Part shown: positions 12,401 through 18,400 of the stretch, piece by piece | Layout: every line of letters starts with the position of its first letter | Numbering within the stretch: the stretch's first letter is position 1 | Assembly (NCBI GenBank): GCA_964374005.1 | Contig: CAYJXB010000002.1 | Coordinates: 1 to 53,590, forward strand | Direction: 5' to 3' | From: an uncultured Planctomycetia bacterium | GTDB taxonomy: Bacteria > Omnitrophota > Gorgyraeia > 2-02-FULL-51-18 | Length of the DNA stretch: 53,590 nt | Notes under the pieces: model-generated | The model's database searches: none | What the model saw: only the letters and a program-made list of their open reading frames with translations | What the model was told of the DNA's origin: nothing | Made by a program: the position numbers and the translations under genes

Positions 12401-15400
12401 AAACCCGCGCCGGACCGGTCAGTTCGATGAAATCGTCGATGTGATCGAGGAAAGCGCCGAATTCAGCGTCAGGGGGGACCTGGATTATATCCGGGATGAG
12501 TTCGCCAAGCTCTTGAACGAACAAGGTTTTTCACAGCCGGCCTTGACGACTGAAAAAGCCAATAGCCAAGCCGGGAAAGCCTTTGATGAATTTAAGGCCC
12601 GGCCCGTCAAGAGACCTAAGCAGATCGAATCCAAAGAGGGAAGACTGACAAGTTCTATTTTTAAGGCTGACATCGGGTCCGCCCTGGGACATACCAAGCC
12701 GCTGTCGGTTTACATGGCCGTGGCAAGGGCTATTCTTGAAAAAGCCAAACGGGACGGTCTGATTAAAGATTATCTGGTGAAACGTAAATCCGTTGATCGG
12801 GAAGCGACCGATGAAAAGAATGGTGTGATCGAATTCCGTGTCGGGGATGATATCGAACTTCAGATCATTCACGACCGGCCTATTCAGGACAAAGAGATCC
12901 ATGGCCTGGCCTGGCGCGCCTTCTGGGCGGCCGGTTGGACGGTCATCGCGGATGATGTCTTGGAGCGCACCCCCTACGGGCTTCTTCAGGACCTTCCCAA
13001 TGCCAAGGATTTAGATTCTTTTGAAGAGGCTAAGATCGATCCTGCGACCTTCGAGATCATGAAGGAAAATTTAAAAGCATTATCCCTTGAGAACCCAAGA
13101 GCTATCGATGAGGATGAGCTCAAAGCCCTTGAGGAAAAATTCCACTCTGAATGGGAAGCGCAGGCTTCCGGTAAGCGCGTGTCAAAGAAAAAGGCCAGCG
13201 CCGCCTTCACCTTTACGGGCAATGTCAAAGGCTCAGGGATTGGTTCGGCGGAAGGTTATGTCGACCCAGGCAACTGGACCGTTTTTGCGTTTGATAAGGC
13301 CTCGCCGGGTGCTTTCAGCGTGCCCTTTATGAAGGCCGCCGAACAGGCCCTGAAAGACGGTGTTTACACCAATCTTCTTTTTGAAGTCGAGAAAGTCCGT
13401 CCTGAATATCAAAATGAAAAAGAGGTCCCGCAGGAACCGATCATTCTTGATTATGCCAATCTCGAGGAAAGAAAACTGATCGAGCGAATGCTTGGCGCCG
13501 TGAATGAATTCCAGATAAAGGCTATCCGTACCGTCGATGCCAACGGCCGTGTCAATCTTGTCGCCTCCAACTCAACCGACAGGCTCTATCAGGTCACTTC
13601 CGGCATATACGCCGGCAAAGATGACCCCGCCGGCATTATGGATACCAAGTTCGCCGAATATACCGTGCGGTGGATGCAGAACAATCTCTTTATCACTGAA
13701 GGCGACGAACGCGGTTCCCACTGGGCGTTTGTGTTACCGGTGGCGATGGACAAATCCTCACCCGGCACTCATTCAATCCCCACGGTGGTCGCCGTGAGCT
13801 TTACGGTGACACCCCATGGCAAGATAGAAAATGTCATTGACGTATTTGAGAACAACAAATTCGATGACATCCGCGCCAAAGCCGCTTATTTTAACTGGGC
13901 CTTTATCCGATCCGTCGGAAACATCGGCCCTAGAGGTGACGCAAGCTCCGTGGAATATACTTATCCCCTGTGGCTTAATATCAATAAGATCACCGCGGAC
14001 AATTCTCCTTACAAGGTTACGATTCCAATACGGGAAGCTGAGACACAACCTTCGGCATTACCGACCGCAACAACGGAAGCAAAGCCAATAACAGATTGGG
14101 AGAATAACATTCTGGCAATTCTTAAGGTTGAGGGCATTCATAATATTGAGGAAATACGTAAGGCAGTTCGCCAGGCTACACATCTTTATAGTAATCATAG
14201 AAACGATCTAACAAATCAGCAAAAAAAAGATTTAAAAGAGGCGATAGATAAACTGCGCAGACAAGTAGAAGGCGCGCGGCTGGCGCAGGAAGAGACAATG
14301 CAGCGTCTCGGTTTCAAACTAGCCGAGGGAGAGCAGAACAGAATCGCTTACAATCCGGATTTTACGCCGCTAGTGCTTAATGCCGATGTATGGATTCAGC
14401 CGCATGCGGTCACATCATTAAATGAGAATTCTATCATTCAAGGTAAAAGAGCGGATGAGGTCGCTAAAGCCGCTAACGACAATATCTCTACTTCGCTTAC
14501 CCAAACGGGCATTCAACAAGCAATACAGAGTTCAAACGAGCTTTGGCAGACTATCGGGAAGAAACTTATAAGCAATGAGTCCGTTATTTTCTTGCGAAGC
14601 CCTCAAAAGCGCTCGAAGGAAACGGCAGCACAATTTGTTGAGGTGGCTCGCACTCACGGAATCACCATCGATAATTCTTCCGACGAGAACGTTTCAAATA
14701 AAGCAGCGTATCAAGTCAAAATCGATGAAAATTTATTCGAGTTGGAGGTTGGCGCGCTCGAATCCAAATCCAGAGCTCAGCTCGAAGAAATCGAAGAATT
14801 GAGGACGGTTTCTAAACGTCAGAAAGAAAGAGACGCGTTTATGAAACCGCCCGCAGGTCAAAATTTACCGGAAGGCCAGAGTTTTATCGAGTTTGCCGAT
14901 CAAGTCGATCGTTTTTTGCAGCACATCAATAAAGAATATGCCGGAAAAACAGTCGTTGTCCTTGGCGCAAGCGCTGTTTGGACAGGCACAGCAAGAACAC
15001 TTCTCAGAACAAGACAGGCCAGGGAATTGTTCAATAAAAATTCATATGTGGATTGGAACGATAGAACGCTTGCACCACACAATAACCGTGAAAATCTGAT
15101 TCACCTGAATGAGGAGATTGCACCGACCGGCGCGCGGCTTGGAGAACGGCTAGAAGCTAGAGGCCGTCAGCTAGTGGCAAAAGAAATCCCTTCAGCCATT
15201 AGCCAACAGCCATTAGCCAATAGCCAACTAGGTGCGCGGCTGGCGAATTTGAGCGCGGATCTGGAGCATCTAAATAGAGGCGATGAATTCGTTCTTCAAT
15301 ATCGTGATAAGGATAAAAATTTACAAAGCATTCACGGTGTTGTTGACTTTGTTTCCATCGGCATAATAGTGACGGGTGATATTCTAGTCGTTTTAGGCAA

Positions 15401-18400
15401 GGGGGTTCTTACCGATAAAGTGGTGAACATAACCTATTTTCCCATAAAGCAGGGCAAAGTATTAAGCGAATCCACGAATATAGAGACGGATTTTAACAGC
15501 ATTGTTCGCGTCAACGCTCCGCCGGCATACGGGAAAAACACCGGCGCGCGGCTGGCGGTGACCAAGTCTTCTAAGGACCAGAGTAATATTTTGATGATTC
15601 CGGCCAAAAAAATTCTGACCGATTTGAGCGCGGATCAATTGTATGAATTAGCCGTCCAGGGCGAGAAGTTACGAGCGGCACAATTCGAAGATGAAATTAG
15701 AACCGACCCGACCGTTGCTGCGATGGCGAATACAAAGGGGAAACCTCTTGCGGATCTTAAGATCGCGCAGTTTAGAGCCGCTTTGCAGGATAATTTTAAA
15801 ACGGCCTATGGCAGCACGATTTACTATAGCAATATCACAAACCGCAGCGCTAAAAAGACATCCCATTATGAAATTGACGGGTTCACGGTAGGCACGGATC
15901 AAATCGCGGCCGATCCGAAGTTCGCACAGAAACTGCTTGCGGCCGTGGAAGATCATTTAAGGAGTCGTGATTTGATCCAAGTGGACCGGAGCGTGGGGCA
16001 GGACCCGTCCGATTCAAGGCATTTCCGGCTTATAGTGGACAGCAAGTATGGCCGTTTGGCGCATGAGCTAACGGCTCTGCATTTTCCCGCCGCGCCCGGT
16101 GCTTCTTCGGCGACGCCGGATATTTTAACGATTGATCTGCCCGATTTTGATTTATCCCAATACGGTTTAGCCGATCAAAAAGAGCCTTACATTTTAAGAA
16201 TTCCCAGCCGCGGGATAAATCTGGTGCTCGGGACGGATTATTTTGGTGAAATTAAAAAATCTGCTCTAACGTCCAACGGTTATCTGGCTAAAGAGGCAGG
16301 CAATCTGGCGCTTCACGCCGGAAGCAAGATCGTGCAAGTCTTGGATGCAAAAACGGGGAAAATCGTCACCAAGCGGGTCATCGCCTCCGGTCTTTCCGGA
16401 ACGGGCAAGACAACGACGCTTGTCGGTACGCAGGGTTTAAGCGGCGACGAATCTTCGACCATGTTTCAGGATGATTTTATCGAATTGCGTATTGAGCGCA
16501 GCGCCGCCGGGAAAATTACCGGGGTGAAAGTCAAAGGATTGGAAGCGGGCGTTTACTATAAGACCGAACGCCTTGATCCGAACAAAGAACCAGAATTATT
16601 TAAGGCCGCCAAACACCCGAGCACGATTTTGTCGAATGTATGGATGAACCAGGCCAAGGACGGTTTGGTGCCAGATTATGACAATACCGATATTACGGGC
16701 AATGGCCGCGGTGTGGTGAGCCGCGCACAAATCACGGATCATCCTTCCGTGGATATGGACGGTTTGGATATCGTCGTTTGGTTGACGCGCCGCGAGACGA
16801 TCGTGCCGGCTATGGCCAAATTAAACCCCGACCTGGCGGCGGCTTTGTTTTTGCTCGGCGAATCCGTTATCACTTCAGCGGCTGACCCGACACGGGCCGG
16901 GGAATCCGTGCGTGAGGCCGGATTTAGCCCGTTTATTGTCGGGTCCGTTTCGGCTGAAGCCAATTTATTGTTGGAAATTTTTGAAGCGCTTCCTCAGATC
17001 GAAGTGGTGTTGGCAAATACCGGCAAAGTCGGGGCGACTTACGGCGAAGGCGCCAAGCCGGGCGCGAAAATTGATGTGCCGGATTCCGCCGCGCTTTTTA
17101 AAGCGCTCTTTCGCGGGAATATTGCGACACGCCCTGATCCGGATTGGGGATATGAAGTCGCTTACGAAGTGCCGGATTATGATATTTCCAGACTTGACCC
17201 GGGCGTTCACTACACTCCGGATGGAATAGCGGCTCTGACCGCAAAACTCCGCGCAGAACGCGTTCAGTGGCTTCAAAGATTTCCCGGGCTAAACCCAAAA
17301 ATCATAGATGCTATTCAAAACCCCAACGCCGGCGCGCGGCTTGGAGAACGGCTAGAAGCTAGAGGCCGTCAGCTAGTGGCAAAAGAAATCCCTTCAGCCA
17401 TTAGCCAACAGCCATTAGCCAATAGCCAACTAGGTGCGCGGCTGGCGGATGTTAATGCCTTAAAACAGGAGATCAAAAGGGCGGCGTCCAATTTATTAGC
17501 CATGGTTAGTGACAAATCTTTTGAAGAGCGTGTTTCTCATTCCAGCATTTCTTCGGGCGATATCGCCAAATTCTTGGACATAACTAAGCAGTTGGAAACG
17601 GTTCTAAAGCAGTTCCTGGATGAGCGGGATCCGCGTTTCTATGAAAATTATGATGCTCTTGTAGACGATGTCGATCAAGTATTCCGGGATAAGACGAATA
17701 TCATTTTTGACTATGCTTTTCAGGAAGGTGCGGAAGATTTTATGGTTGCGATAGGACCTTTCTACCAAGCTTTCATCGAACTGGTTAATTCTTTGAACGC
17801 GTTGAAACTTTCAAGAGGCGCGCGGTTGGCGAGTGAGCAAGGGCAGGTGGATTTGCTTAACGAGGTCAAAGACTATCTTAATTCTCCCGAAGGTATTACT
17901 CGACGGGAGAAAGGAGATACGCGAATCATTTATCTCAAATCAGTGCTTAAGGGTACCGTCAATAAACCCCAAGGCCAGTGGCTTACGGACGAACAAATAA
18001 GGGGTATAAAGACCCATTTGCGGGATTTAAAGCAGATAGCTTATACCGATCCGCTGGTTCTTAAAAAATGGGCGAAAGGAAAAATCAATGCAAATATTCC
18101 GGCAGAGAACATCGCCGAGGCGTTGTTCGAACGAATCGCGCGCGTTCTCGAATATCAAAAGACCGGACATGATGCGACGGTGTGGATGCGCACGGCGGCA
18201 CCCGCCACGACGGAAACAATCCTCGCTATACGGGATGCAGCTAAACAAAAGGAAGCGGCTCTCCGGTTCATTCAAATGATCTTGCCCGTTGCGCCGGAAA
18301 AAGTCGATGCCTATCAAGCAAGAGCCATCACTGAACTGGCGGTTCAATTAAGACTCACGGACACAGTCGTCATTGATTCTCTCCGTATGATTATCGAAGC

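Noticed and set aside
15217-15227. CCAATAGCCAA shared between the giant-gene spacer and the CCAA-rich intergenic element (33239..33249)
   Set aside because: It is a single 11-mer match in A/C-rich sequence, which is too short to infer a relationship without statistics.
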